Shown: positions 27,228-41,242, counted from the first letter of the whole stretch. The stretch: DNA of 63,844 nucleotides, filler included, from Cercozoa sp. M6MM (GCA_040357565.1; 11 parts of 11 records of this genome joined end to end with filler, not necessarily neighbours in it), one strand, 5' to 3'. The notes: generated by a model from the letters alone, not told the origin. Made by a program: numbers and translations.

Positions 27228-27868
27228 GTAGTTGTGCTGTCTTTACCCCCCTCTTTACCCCCCTCTTTACCCCCCATTTTACCCCCCATTTTAGCCCCTA
27301 TTTTACCCCCCATTTCACACCCCTATTTACCTTTATTTTAGCCCCCATTTTACATCCCTGTTTACCCCCCATTTCACACCCCTCTTCACACCCCTGTTTA
27401 CCCCCTCTGACCTTTATTTTAGCCCCTATTTTACATCCCTCTTTAGCCTTATTTCATACCCCTATTACCTTTATTTTAGCCCCCATTTTACACCCTATTT
27501 ACCTTTAATTTTACACTCCATTTACACCCTTCATACTAGTTACTTTACACCCTTCTTACCTCCCTATATACCTCCTTGTTTACCTCCCTATCTTACCCAC
27601 TAGTTACCTAGCTATCTACCTAGCTATACCTCCCTATCTACCCCCCTATTTACCCCTTTGTTTACCTTCCTATCTACCCCCCTATTTTCTCCTTAGTTTA
27701 CCTTCCATTTACCTAGCTATTTACCTATCTACCCCTCTATCTACCCCCTATATACCTCGCTATCTACCNNNNNNNNNNNNNNNNNNNNNNNNNNNNNNNN
27801 NNNNNNNNNNNNTTAATTAATTAANNNNNNNNNNNNNNNNNNNNNNNNNNNNNNNNNNNNNNNNNNNN

Positions 27869-29331
27869 GAGCGCCGGCCAGCACAATGACGCGATCGAAC
27901 AGCGCCAGCAAGTCCGGCGACGGCTGCGCCAGCGAGCACACGAGCGACTTGCCCGCTGCACACACCCGACGTGCCGCGCCTATCACCTACTCTCGGGGGG
28001 GGTAAGGCTTATAGTGGTTGCTAAAACAGGTAGCAAAAATAAAAGGAGTTGATGTGCTCCGAGGGGTAAAGTTGGGAGAAAGGGGAATGAAGAATGGAAC
28101 TCGTGGTAGAGAGGGGAAATAGGAGTAAGGGGGTCGATGGGGGTGATGAGAGGATGCAAAGAGGGTGTAAAGAGAAGGTTTACATCCAGCGCAGTGCGCG
28201 AGTCGAGTCCATTGGTGGGCAACTCGGCCACCAGAATGCCGGCACCGCCGACCACTTCGACGCCGAAGGACAAACGACGCCGCTGTCCGCCGCTGATGCC
28301 ACGCACGCACGTGCTGCCGCCAACTAGTTCGTCCGCCACGTGTGACAGTCCCAGCCTGGAACAAACAGGGGGTAAACTGTAAACGGGGTAAACTGTAAAC
28401 GGGGTAAAACTGGGGGTAAAAAGAGGGTAAAACAAGAGGTAAACGGGGGACAAACACGGGAGTGCACACGAGGTAAACGAGAAAATGGGAGTAAAAAGGG
28501 GAAAGCGGGTGAAGGAGGAAACAAGGGAGTAGGGGGGGTAGAAACCATCCAAGCGCCGTGTCAACCTCCCTCTCGCAGGCCTCATCAGTCATATGTGCCG
28601 GTGCTCGCATACGGCAGGCGAAGCGCATGGTCTCCCGCACCGTCAGAGTGGGTAAATGTGTGTCCTCAGGCGGCACAAAGGCCACGTGCCGCTGCCAGAA
28701 ACCGCCGCGTCGTCGGTGCGGTTCGTGTCCGTTCAGTAGCAGCTGGCCGCGCACGCGCAGAGCACCGGCAGCGTGCCACGTGCCGCCCTCGTCACTGTGG
28801 TCCATCAGCGGCTGGCCCTTCTGCTCGCGGTACGCCCGGGGAGGGTAAATAGAGGGGGAATACACAGAGGTAAGTAGGGAATAAACAGAGGTAAGTAGGG
28901 AATAAACAGGGGTAAACAGGGGAATCAACAGCGCAAACAAAGGGGGTAAGGGTAGACAAGAGGGACAGGAGGGTAAACAGGAGGGTAAAAGCGAGTGTAC
29001 ACGCTTGCGCCGAGCATTGGCGTTGCGCGACACGACGCGTTCGAGTTCGTGCCGCCGCGTGAGTGCCGCCATCAGCGCGCGCACCGAGGCCGGCTCGCCC
29101 AGCAGGGCCGTCATCTCGCCCGACACCACTGCACCCGTTGTTGCCTTCAGAAGTGTCACTACACAGGGCATAGGAGGTAACGGGGTGAGGCAAGTGGGGG
29201 GGGGGGGCAAATGAGAGAATGGAGGGGGGTTNNNNNNNNNNNNNNNNNNNNNNNNNNNNNNNNNNNNNNNNNNNNNNNNNNNNNNNNNNNNNNNNNNNNN
29301 NNNNNNNNNNNNNNNNNNNNNNNNNNNNNNN

Positions 29332-29371
<40 letters not shown>

Positions 29372-30137
29372 AATGGGGGATAGGTTTGAATGGAGGGTTT
29401 GGGAAAATGTGGTTAATGGAGGGAATAAATGAGGGTAAGAGGGAGTAAATGGGGTAAATGAAGGAGTAAATGGGGTAAATGAAGGAGTAAATGGGGTAAA
29501 TGAAGGGAGTAAAGGGGGGTAAATGGAGGGAGTAAATGGGGGAGAGTGGGGTAAAGGGAGAGCAAACGCACCATGAGTGTCGGCGCACTGCACGGTGAGG
29601 TCCTGCCACGTCAGCGTGGTCGAGTGCGTCGTGAAGCCGCGACTCATGAGGATGCGCGTGGCCGCGCGCAGCGTGACGTCGCCGAACTCGAGGTCGCCTT
29701 CCTTGTCCATCCGCTCGTCCGCCTCACGCGGTACCGTGATGGCCGCCACATGCGCTGGCACCTGCTCGTCCGGGTGTCCCTGTACCCAGCAATACAGAAG
29801 GGGTTACACAACTTAAAGAGCAGTAGAGAGGTGTTCGTAAAATGGTCCATACGGACATGTCGCCGGCCTGCTCGTCCTCGGGCGCCTCTGCGGCAGCGGA
29901 AGACTGCTCAAAAATCGAGCCCAGACGGCGTCGACCCTGATCGCGCCGACGACGAGCACGTGTGATCGTGGCTACACGTGCACAGTGAACACGTGTCTCG
30001 GCCCCAATTATAAACTCGACGTAGCTGTAGAGGATCCTTAGTTTACCCGCAACCTCGAGCGACGACATGTTTTCGAGTGAAGCCGTCGACAAACGCGGCT
30101 TTGCTGTCGCTCCCTTCCGTCCCTTGTTGCTGGACAT
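27869..30137 (-). CDS. ABCG/PDR-type ABC transporter, N-terminal NBD (3'-partial)
   Basis: TLTWQDLTV; LLKATTGAVVSGEMTALLG; HLPTLTVRETMRFACRMR; LGLSHVADELVGG..VRGISGGQRRRLSFGVE; PTNGLDS; SLAQPSPDLLALFDRVIVL. Confidence 0.9.
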
Positions 30138-30892
30138 TGTCAGTCGACCGGTATAGCCACCAAGCACTCCAAAACGCTCTCTCTGAGACACACAGGAGGC
30201 TGTGTGTCGACTTCACTACTTTGGCACTACTGTCGCGTGCCTCCGTGCGGTGGGCAGGCAGTGCGATTGCAAAAACTGCGCTCGGACTTTGAGGACCGAT
30301 CATGCCTTGTGCTTAATCAATCGACGGACTGTGTCTACCCATAGTCTGTGGTTGTGTGGGTACAGTAACTTGCGACTGCAGTACGTACAGTGCCGTACCA
30401 ACCAAACTCAAGTCCGAGGGAGCGACCGTGCCGGTGGGTGTAATAAAGAAACAAAACATCAGTCGTTTCAAAACGAAGCTATTGACTGCGCTGTGTCAGT
30501 TATTTGTGCACAGCAACAATGATACTCGAACCCGGCAGAGTGGGGTCCCAGCACGTATTCTGCGTCCGAGCGCAGGTAAACCTCTGCAACAAACGGTAGA
30601 CCTTCGGCGTAGAGTTTGAGGACGGCATCTCCGTGCAGAACCAACTCCTTTGCATACTTGCGAACGAAAAGCGTCAGCTCCGAGTCTCACTCTGCTCTGA
30701 AATCTCATAGCGACATTCGTCGCTGTCGTTCTCGAAGCAATCTGTCGAGCAGTTTGTCCACCCCTAGGGCAATAGTCATCCACCAAGCGACGCAGCGCTG
30801 ATTCAAGCGATTCATGTGCTACGCGCAGCTACCAACACCACTCAAAACTTCTGCTGTTGTAAGAGCGCCGCAAGTATGACTGAACTTTGAAA

Positions 30893-33800
30893 ATGTCAAA
30901 AAGGTCCAAAAAGTGACCCTACCAAATAAGTTAATGTTTGCAGTTTCTCAAGGAAAATGTGAAAATGACAAACGGTTTTTTGCACTGACACGGTATTTGG
31001 TGGTGGACGTGTGCTAAGCTAGGAAGCATTCTTCGGCAGTCGCGGTTTGAGTCTGCTTGGTTGGAGCTTGTGCGATGCCCATCGAGCCTGTCTTTACGGT
31101 CGAGCAGACAACTGACTCGATTCGACTTGAGTTCGAGTTGCCGACTCAGCGGCAACTCACTTGCGAACAAGCGTATGAGCGACTCGCAGGTTCCCTTTCA
31201 GTCTTCTTTGGGTCTTCAAGTAAAGTGTCATGTTGATCCCGCAATACAACTGTGTGGATTGCAGTTCGCGACAACTGGTTGAGCTTCAACTCGCCTCCCT
31301 ATTTGCTGCAGATCGACTTTTCTGTCATGCTCGACGCATTCTCTGCGAAGATGCAAAAAAGCGACAAAGCGTGCTTTGAAGTTATGCTAACGAAGCTAAA
31401 TTCGCCTTCTTGCGTTGGTGAGTCTGGAACCGTGTCTAGCACACGACTTTTGCTTCCTCCACCACGCACAAGGTCGGAAAAGCAACAGCGTTTCCAGCGC
31501 CGCCGAGAATCGGATGAACGCTTTGCTTCAGAAAGCACAAAACGTCGACAGAATCTCAAGAAGCTTGCTGCTTCTGTGCGAAGCTCGGCTCGAAAGCAAC
31601 ACATGGTCTGTTCCAATTGACAAGTCGATTTGATATCGTATCCCGTGTTGCGCAGAAACTTGTTGAGGCCGAACGCGAGCACGCAGATCAAATCGAAAAG
31701 CAGCAGCACAACGAGGCTGTACAAGACGTCGAAAACTGGATAAAGCTAGATCCTGCCGGTGGCATCGACGAAAATGATCCGAGAAGTGAACTCAACGACA
31801 ACCAGTTGGAGGTTTCTGTAGACAACTACGACGACGAGCACGACGAGGTGCTCAAAGAGAACAGTCCCCAGTTGGCAGTTTCGAGCCAGACTCAGGGTGA
31901 GCCAAATGACACCAAGAGTGTCGTCTGGGCGTCGAAGCTGTATGAGAAGGTATCACCGCGCAGTGCTCGTCGTCACTCACCGCGCATCGGCGCCGCTGCA
32001 CCGGCACAAAAGAACCTTTCGCCTCCACTTTCACAGCGTTTCAATTTCCAAGAGGTAAGTTGGTATCAAGGTTTTGGATACCTTAGTTTGTTATGCGGCT
32101 TTAACGTGGCAGGAGTGCGAGACGGAGAATCCGTACGCTGCTCCCACCGAAGAGGAAGACGAGACCAAGGTTCCTGTTCCGCTTGCTTCAGTGACGACAC
32201 ACTTCTCCAGCACTGCTCGTCGCGGTGCTCCTATGAGGCAGCGAACAGATGCGCGCATTAAACGTGCCTTGATGAAGTTGAAAGCTAACGAGGTATCATT
32301 CTATTTTGCCGGGCTAAAGGATTAATTAAAGCTAAATTGACGACTGTGTGTGACAAAGCAAAACGAGGCTGAAGAAAAAGAGGTGCGAGTGGAGGATATC
32401 GGCAGTAACCCCGTGCTTCTGTTGGACAGTGCGGCTTCCATTTTGTCCAAACTGCCACTTTGGCTGAACTCGTCGCAGGCATCTTTGCAAGCGCAGCTGC
32501 TCGATCTGCGGCAGTTGCCTGGTCAAATTGATGTGCTGCGACGGAACAACTCTGTTCGCCAAGCTGTGGAACTGCCACTGACAGCAGCATTAAAATGGCT
32601 GAAACCGAGTTGTGACAATGACGCGTACTTTGACGCGGCATTGACTCTCTCGGTGGTGCAAGTCGCGTTTCCCTGCGGAGATGTCGGCTGCGCCAAGAGT
32701 TCTACAACCGATGTCGCTCTTCTTATCGATCGTTCCTCTTTCTTGGAAGCACGAAAGTCGTGGCGCGATGCTTTGGTGACAACCACGAACATACAGAATG
32801 CAATGAAGGCTGACAAGGATGCGACTGCACGGGCGAGTGCCGTTATTGACGAAGTCGAGACTCGCAAGCGTCGCGTTGCCATTCAGTTGATTCGAGGAGT
32901 CGCATTCTTGCAGCTGCTCGATCCGATTGCTGCTCGTCGTGCTTTCGTCGAGTGCGCCAGTCTACTTTCTAGTCTTAAGGCTACTGCGGGCGGAGAGGAG
33001 TCTCCTGAACAGAGCGAGAGCATTTCGACCTTTGTCCAACGACACAAGCGAAAACTGTCCCTTCAACTGAAGCAACTGCGGAATGGTTTTCATCGACAGC
33101 TTTTGCAGCAAGCGTCGACGTTGATGCACAAGGAACAGTTGCATGACGCCGGGCAGTGTTACCAGCAAGCCTTGTCCTTGTTACCCACGATGCCAACAGC
33201 GCGTGCCAACTACGGAACGGTACATTTGTGTCGCATTAACATCGAGTATTGTTTGATGCACTCCATGGAACACAGGCACTTCTGTTATGTGCGGTGGAGC
33301 AAGAGGGCCGACGCAACATAAGTGGTGGGCCGCTGCCTGTGCAGGCGCTAGAGAATCTCGAAAAGGCAGAGGCGCACTTTCATCTGTCACTTCTCTTGCT
33401 CGAGGAGGCAAGTAACATGGCAGCTACTTCTAGCAAAGCAGAAGAGTATCCTGCAGTGCGCAAGCGACTGACATTGCAGGCAAAGCTGCACTTTCGTCTT
33501 GCTCGAGCACAAATGCTCAGTGGAAGCGCCTTTCGCTGTGAGAAAACACTCCGACACCTCGAGCAGGCGATACAGTTGCGACAGCAGATTCAGCAACTGG
33601 ATGCAAAGAATCCATCCAAACCTGGGTACTGCCCTCTCTTCACACTTATTTTAAAGTACCAATGGGACCGACAAATCGGAAATCGGCTGTGGAACAGAAG
33701 AGAGGCAGACGATGCCGAGGTGCAGCTTCTCGACGAAAATGGCGAAATGCTCTTCGCTTCGGTGGACAGAGTGGTCGCGTTGCGAGCACAGACACGCACT

Positions 33801-34916
33801 GCAGTCCATGTGGCACGTGCCATGCGAACGCGCGTGCAGAAAGCCATTGTATACTGACCTGTCAATACTCAGGCGTGCCTTCAGTGTGAAGTACAAAATT
33901 GTACGCTCACAGGTAAAACGCGACTACGAGAAGGCGCAGAAAATGCTGAACAAAGCTCGGCGCATCGTGCATGTTCCAAAGAGTCTCGACCCGATTTTGG
34001 AGAAGGAGGAGCAGCGTGTGCTACTTCGCTTCGCTGCGCCAAGCATGAGTCTCTCGACAAACTTGATCGTGGTGCAGATGCGACTGCTGTCGCAAGCGAT
34101 CGGTCACTGGATTTTTGAGTCGCTTCTCTGCCGCGCCATGGTCGAACTAGACGACTGCGGTCTCGCTCTCGCGCGCTCCAAGTACCTGCATGCAGAGCAG
34201 CTCGCTTCCTGTGCCCTGTACTGGCTGAATCGCGAGATCGGTACTTCAACTGAGACAGAGCAACATGGTCAATCTGTTGACTGGAATGTGTCTTTTGGCA
34301 GACCCTGGTGCTTTTGAGAATTCGTACCTGCGCGCGAGCAGTGACGAGAAAAAAGAAATCACGTTGTCGCCAACGACTCGTGTCTGGCGTGCTCGCTTCC
34401 TGGCTCAGTGCCGAGCTGCCACAGCGGCGTCTTTGCAGTGCAACCTGCGCTTGAAAGCACTCATGCCACTCGATGTAAGCGACATGCCACGCTCATTTAC
34501 CTTCTTTGGATGTAATAAATGACTCGCTGGCATTGTTTTGACAGAACCTACCGCTATCGCAGTCTGTGTCGGCAGCGTACTACTACGCAGAACGTGCACT
34601 GGACACTTTCACAAAGCACACACATGTGCTGCTGGTGGCCGAAGGCGAAAACTCGGATTCGAAAGAGATCGCCAACGCCAAGTTCAAAGACGCCGAGGTC
34701 GGCCACGACTCGGTTTGTGAGACTCCGGAAGACGAGGACCGCAGCGAGGACACTGGCGTCATCGCGGCAGGACTTGCTGCCCTACGAAAGGTGATCGTCG
34801 AGAATGGCACCATCGCCGGCAACTGCCGACTGGTGCGTATGACGAGAGGAATGGTCAGTATCGCTCGCGATGCTCTTCTCCTGCAGGCACATGCTGGACG
34901 AACGAGTGTTAATTAA
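30893..34916 (+). CDS. Large hypothetical alpha-helical (TPR-like) protein; start uncertain
   Basis: Long + strand exons (31311-31603, 31656-32053, 32357-33220, 33877-34290, ~34546-34916) with short introns; TPR-like segment HDAGQCYQQALSLLPTMPTARANYG. Confidence 0.6.
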
Positions 34917-35107
34917 AAACCCACCTGTTGAACGAAAATAGGGCATGGCGGGCTTTTTCGAAGCCAAATCGAAGTTTTAAAAAAAGGTTAACCGGGGGGG
35001 GGGGGGGNNNNNNNNNNNNNNNNNNNNNNNNNNNNNNNNNNNNNNNNNNNNTTAATTAATTAANNNNNNNNNNNNNNNNNNNNNNNNNNNNNNNNNNNNN
35101 NNNNNNN

Positions 35108-35971
35108 GCGTCGGAAGGGCGCGGACGCCGAGGGTCCGTTGGAGGTCGTGGTGACCACCTTCGAATTGGTCACTCTGGACAGGATCGCGCTGTCTGCCGG
35201 TTTGCCCCTCTATTTACCCCCCCCCCCCCTTTACCCCCCTGTTTACCCCCGGATGCAGTGCACTGGGAGTACGTGGTGGTGGACGAGGCGCACCGACTGA
35301 AGAACGTGCAGTCGCGCCTGGCTCGCACGCTGTCGTCCTTTGAGTCGAAGCAGCGTCTGCTGCTGACTGGCACGGTGGGTCTCGTCCACATGGACTGTCC
35401 GTATGGACCCGTGTCTATACGGACCCGTGTCTGTGTGATCCCGTGTCTGTGTGGTCCCGTGTCTATATGGACTGTCCATATGGACTGCGGTACTGTAGCC
35501 ACTGCAAAACAATCTCGGCGAGTTGTGGGCGCTGCTCAACTTTCTCATGCCTGGTGCGTCTGCGGTTTTACCCCCCTGTTTACCCTCCCCCCCCCCCCCC
35601 CACCCCTGGTGTTTGTGTGTGTATTGACAGGAAGAAGAAAGCAACGAGGAGGACGACAAGAAGGTGTGTCCATGTTGTACATGTGTACATGTGGACCGTC
35701 CATGTGTACCGTCCATGTTGGACAAGGCTGTCTGTATGTGTGTACGGGTAGATTCTGCAACTGCTGCACCGTGTCTTGCAGCCGCTGCTGCTGCGGTGTC
35801 TTGCTTTTACCCCCGTTTACCCCCCCTCACTTTACCCCCTTGTTTACTCCCCATTTCACCCCCATTTTCACCCTCCCATTTCATCCCCCTCACACCCCTA
35901 TCTACCCCTGATTTACCCGTATTTATCCCTATTTACCCGCCCCCTCCGAACCCCCATTTACCCCCCCCCCC
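35108..35971 (+). CDS. SNF2-family chromatin-remodelling ATPase fragment
   Basis: VVVTTFE; [14 protein letters not shown] (DEAH); RLLLTGT|[18 protein letters not shown]; [11 protein letters not shown]. Confidence 0.92.
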
Positions 35972-35981
35972 NNNNNNNNNN

Positions 35982-36845
35982 GCGTCGGAAGGGCGCGGAC
36001 GCCGAGGGTCCGTTGGAGGTCGTGGTGACCACCTTCGAATTGGTCACTCTGGACAGGATCGCGCTGTCTGCCGGTTTGCCCCTCTATTTACCCCCCCCCC
36101 CCCTTTACCCCCCTGTTTACCCCCGGATGCAGTGCACTGGGAGTACGTGGTGGTGGACGAGGCGCACCGACTGAAGAACGTGCAGTCGCGCCTGGCTCGC
36201 ACGCTGTCGTCCTTTGAGTCGAAGCAGCGTCTGCTGCTGACTGGCACGGTGGGTCTCGTCCACATGGACTGTCCGTATGGACCCGTGTCTATACGGACCC
36301 GTGTCTGTGTGATCCCGTGTCTGTGTGGTCCCGTGTCTATATGGACTGTCCATATGGACTGCGGTACTGTAGCCACTGCAAAACAATCTCGGCGAGTTGT
36401 GGGCGCTGCTCAACTTTCTCATGCCTGGTGCGTCTGCGGTTTTACCCCCCTGTTTACCCTCCCCCCCCCCCCCCCACCCCTGGTGTTTGTGTGTGTATTG
36501 ACAGGAAGAAGAAAGCAACGAGGAGGACGACAAGAAGGTGTGTCCATGTTGTACATGTGTACATGTGGACCGTCCATGTGTACCGTCCATGTTGGACAAG
36601 GCTGTCTGTATGTGTGTACGGGTAGATTCTGCAACTGCTGCACCGTGTCTTGCAGCCGCTGCTGCTGCGGTGTCTTGCTTTTACCCCCGTTTACCCCCCC
36701 TCACTTTACCCCCTTGTTTACTCCCCATTTCACCCCCATTTTCACCCTCCCATTTCATCCCCCTCACACCCCTATCTACCCCTGATTTACCCGTATTTAT
36801 CCCTATTTACCCGCCCCCTCCGAACCCCCATTTACCCCCCCCCCC
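35982..36845 (+). repeat. Exact second copy of 35108-35971 after a 10-N gap (probable scaffolding artefact)
   Basis: Identical exons and introns at an offset of 874; identical ORF translations. Confidence 0.85.
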
Positions 36846-37021
36846 NNNNNNNNNNNNNNNNNNNNNNNNNNNNNNNNNNNNNNNNNNNNTTAATTAATTA
36901 ANNNNNNNNNNNNNNNNNNNNNNNNNNNNNNNNNNNNNNNNNNNNCCCCCCCCCCCCGCCCCCCCACCCCCCCCCCCCCCCCCCCCCCCCCGGGCGGGCG
37001 GGGGGGGGGGTAAAACAACAC

Positions 37022-38892
37022 ACGGCCTCGCGCCGCGCGATATCATCGCGCGTCTCGCGTCGCGTGCGCACGTGCGCGGTTTCTCCCGTGTCACCGTCCG
37101 TGTCCGTGTCACCGTCCGTGTCACCGTCCGAGTCACTGCGATCGCTGTCGGTGTCGGTGTCGCTGAAGTGATCGTCGCTAAAGTGATCGTCGCTGTGATC
37201 GTCACTGTGATGGTCACTGTGATGGTCAGTGTGATCGCCAGTGTCAGTGCCGGTGCGATCACCGTCGGTGCCAGTGGCCGAGTGGACACGTGGCGCACGT
37301 GGCAGACCCAGCGCACGCCGACAGCGCGGCTTGGCCAGCTGCGCCGCCGCCTGCCGCCGCGCCTCGGCCGCCGTGCCGCACGCGCGCACCTCGCCCAGTG
37401 TCTCCCGGGCCTACCAGTTCACACCGATCAGTGATCGATCAAGGATTGATCAGTGACCACTCAGTCACCGATCACTGATCGTTACTGATCGATCAGACAG
37501 TGAGTGGTACCACGCGCAGAATGTCGTCGCGCAGAAAGTCCGCCTCCAGCGACAGCGGCACCAACGCGCTCTTCTCCAGAAACGCGCGCTGCCACAACAG
37601 CAGACTGCACACCCAAGGGGGGTATAGGGGGGTAAAACAGGGAGTAAGAAAGGGGTAAATAGATGGTAATAAAGGGGTAAACAGGGGGTTAAACGGGGGG
37701 TAAAAAGGGGGTAAATAGGGGGGTGGGGTAAGAGGGTAAACATGACAGTAAACATGAGGGTAATAGGGGGTGAAACAAGAGTGTAAACAAGAGTGTAAAC
37801 AGGGGGAAAGCATTAGGGTAAACAGGGGTGGGGGGGGGGGGGGGTAAACAGGGGGTAAAACGCGCGTACAGATCGCGCAGCAGCGCCTTGCGACGTGTGC
37901 TGCCGTGACCCCTGCCGCGACTCCACACAGGCGCCACCGTCTCGAACCTTCCCACACAGTGTGTACAAATGGACCAGTGTGTACAACCCGACCCAGGTGG
38001 CTACAATTCGACCTAGCTGGCTACAAATAAAAGTGGCTACATTTCTTTCACGCAGCGCAGACGCGTCAAATCACGCGGCGAATCGAACCTTAGTTTAGGG
38101 GGGGGGGGGGGTTAANNNNNNNNNNNNNNNNNNNNNNNNNNNNNNNNNNNNNNNNNNNNNNNNNNNNNNNNNNNNNNNNNNNNNNNNNNNNNNNNNNNNN
38201 NNNNNNNNNNNNNNNGGGGGGGGGGGGGTAACAACGCACATGTGCATCTCCAGGCGTCGCAGCAGCAGCGCTCGCTGTCGCTGCAGCAGCTGCGCGCGCC
38301 ACTCCTCTCGCTGCGCCGCCTCCTTCTCGCGCTCGCGCCGACTGGGGGGTAAGGGGGGTAAAGGGGGTAAAGGGAGGGGTAAGGGGGTAGAGGGAGGGTA
38401 GGGGGGTGGGGGGTAAAGGGGGAAAAGGGGGTAAGGGGGGGAGTAAATACCGCTCCTCAACGCCAACGAGAGTGTCGAGTTGCTCCTTCGCCTCCTTAAC
38501 CGCCCTACCAAATATAGCTTCTGTGCCGTCCATTTGTACTGTCCATTCTGTACCGTCCCTTCTGTACCGTCCAAAAATAAAGAGAAACCAACCGAAACGC
38601 GAAAGCGGCGTCAGTGTCCGCGCGGTGCAGCAAGAAAAACAAACACATGTCGCGCAGCAGCTGCACCGACGTCTGCAGGGGGTTAAGGGGGTTAAGGGGG
38701 TTAAGGGCGCGGGGGTTAAGGGCGCGGGGGTTAAGCGGGTCAGGGGTTAAGGGGGCAGGGGGTTGGGGGGTTAAGGGGGCGGGGGTTAAGGGGGGTGGTG
38801 AGGGGGTAAGACGCACCACTCGTCTCACAGCCAGACAGGCCAAAAGTTTCGCCTCCGCCATTCGCTTCTGCCGCTCGGCACTTCGACCCAGT
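37022..38892 (-). CDS. Hypothetical protein fragment (coiled-coil and D/H/S/T-rich tract)
   Basis: Exons such as TSVQLLRDMCLFFLLHRADTDAAFAFR, RREREKEAAQREEWRAQLLQRQR and LLLWQRAFLEKSALVPLSLEADFLRDDILR, separated by G-rich (+ strand) introns. Confidence 0.55.
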
Positions 38893-39021
38893 CTGGGGGG
38901 GGGGGGNNNNNNNNNNNNNNNNNNNNNNNNNNNNNNNNNNNNNNNNNNNNTTAATTAATTAANNNNNNNNNNNNNNNNNNNNNNNNNNNNNNNNNNNNNN
39001 NNNNNNAACATACATACATGA

Positions 39022-39054
<33 letters not shown>

Positions 39055-39099
39055 ATATATATACATATTTATATATATATCTGTATTCTATTTATATAA

Positions 39100-39154
<55 letters not shown>

Positions 39155-39179
39155 GGGATAGGTATGTGTCTATGCACCC

Positions 39180-41195
39180 CGAGGACCTTGACCGACAGGA
39201 AGGGGTACTCGCAGTCCTCCACAAAGTCGGCCAGTGCGTCCAGTGCGCAAGCCAGCGCCGCCGCCGTCTGCTCGCTGCCGCCGCCGCCGCCGTCCACCAC
39301 GCCGCAGATCGTGTCCACGATGCGCGACTTGTACTCGCTGCCTCCCTCCTATTTTAGGGGGTCTACAGGGGTACCGGGGAGGGTAAAACAGCTACCTCAC
39401 GCAACAGGTGACTCAAAAACGTCACAGTGCCAAAGAACTCGGCGTCCTCCGTGTTGCCTACGAGCACAACGGGGGGGGGGGTAAGGGGGATAAAATGAAG
39501 GGGGTGAAACACTACCACGCTGCAAGGCGCGTGCCTGGATGGCCAGAACGAGTTTCTCCTTCAGATCGTCTGGTACCGTACTGAGCCACTTGCTCTGACC
39601 TGCACAAGTACATACGTACGACATGTCTACACATGTACAAATGGACTCAAACATGTGTCCAAAACGTACCGCCCTGTCCGGACAGACGTTTGTACAGCGC
39701 GCGAATGTGCGAGCCGTCGCCGAGAGCCAGCAGTGTCGTCATCGCCAGCACCGCCACCGCCGGCGACGAGTCCGACGCCAGTTCCTCCATGCTCTGGGGG
39801 GGGGGTAAAAGGGGAGGGGGTAAGGGTAGGGTTAAGGGTAAGTGGTGGCGGTAGGGGGGGGGGGGTAAAACAGCAGCAAACACAAAACACCGTCAGCAGA
39901 GTGCTCAGAATCGAAAACAGCTGCGATCGCGGCTCGACCACTTTGCTCAGCTGCGCACGTGACAAACCGTATCCCACTGACTGACTGACGGACTGACTGA
40001 GTGACAAAGTGACTCAGTGGGACACGTGGTACCTGCGACAGAACACGTGTGGCCGCCAGTCGGTGCGCAGACTGCGTCGACGCCATCATCTCCTGCAGCA
40101 CGTGGATCGCACCCTGCGCACCATCAAGGGGGTAAGGGGGTAAGAGATCAGGGGGCAGAGGTCAGGGGGTAGAGGTCAGGGGGGGTAAACCGGACGACAC
40201 CTCCAACAACGGCTTCAATGCCGGCAACTGCGACAACTGCGGCGCCAGTGACAGCAGCACCTGCCAAAATAGGGAGGGGGTAAGAGGGGGTAAGAGGGGG
40301 TAAGAGGGGGGGGTAAGAGGGGGTAGGAGGGGTATCGGGGGTAAGAGGCGTATGGGGGGTAAGAGGGGGGTAAAGCACCTGCCTGGCCGCCGCGAAGGCC
40401 ACGGAGACTCCGCGCGCGCGCAGCGTCTGCGTCAGCGACAGCAGCAGCGGCGCCACCAGCGGCGACTGTCCGCGCGGATCCCGCGGCAGCAGGGCTGTCC
40501 AAACATAGGTACACATGGACAGGTACAAATGGACCAGTTCAAAGTCCATTTGGACTAAGAGGTACATCGCAGTGCTGCGCAGGTTTTGGCGACGGCGGCC
40601 ACGCGCGCCAGCGTCGATTTTGGCGGTGCACGGGTCAGGTCCTGACCGGTACAAAGTCGGGTACAAACATTTGGACGCAGGTACATTTGGACCACACACG
40701 GATTGTTTAAGGGAACGCTACCTGCAGAAGCTTCACAACAGCACGCGCGTCATCCTGACGGATCTCGAACGACAACAGCAGCTGCACGTGGAGGTCAAGG
40801 GGGGTAAAGGGGGGTAAGGGGGAAAGGGGGCAAAGGGGGTAAAGGGGGTAAAGGAAGGGTGGCTACCGCATGGAATTGCGTCATAGGATCCTCCACCGTG
40901 ATCAGCGAGGCCACTTCGTTGCTATAGGGTCGCAGGGTAGGTAGTAGGGTAGGTAGTAGGGTAGGTAGCAGGGTAGGTAGTAGGGTAGGTAGTAGGGGAG
41001 GTAGTAGGGTAGGGAGGCGGGGGGGAGGACACATGGCTACCGCCAGCCGCGCTTGATGGTGTCGGCGTGTGCAGGCACCTGCATGAGCGACAGACCGGCC
41101 ACGAGAGCCGCCGAGGCCACGTGCGCGTCGCCGCACGTCAGCGCCTGTTTGAAGAAACGCTCCGTCTGCGCCAGCAGCGACGGTTGCGACTACAC

Positions 41196-41242
<47 letters not shown>

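Noticed and set aside
35108-36845. Tandem duplication of a SNF2 gene segment
   Set aside because: The copies appear identical even in low-complexity introns, are separated by 10 N and end in poly-C; most likely a scaffolding artefact.
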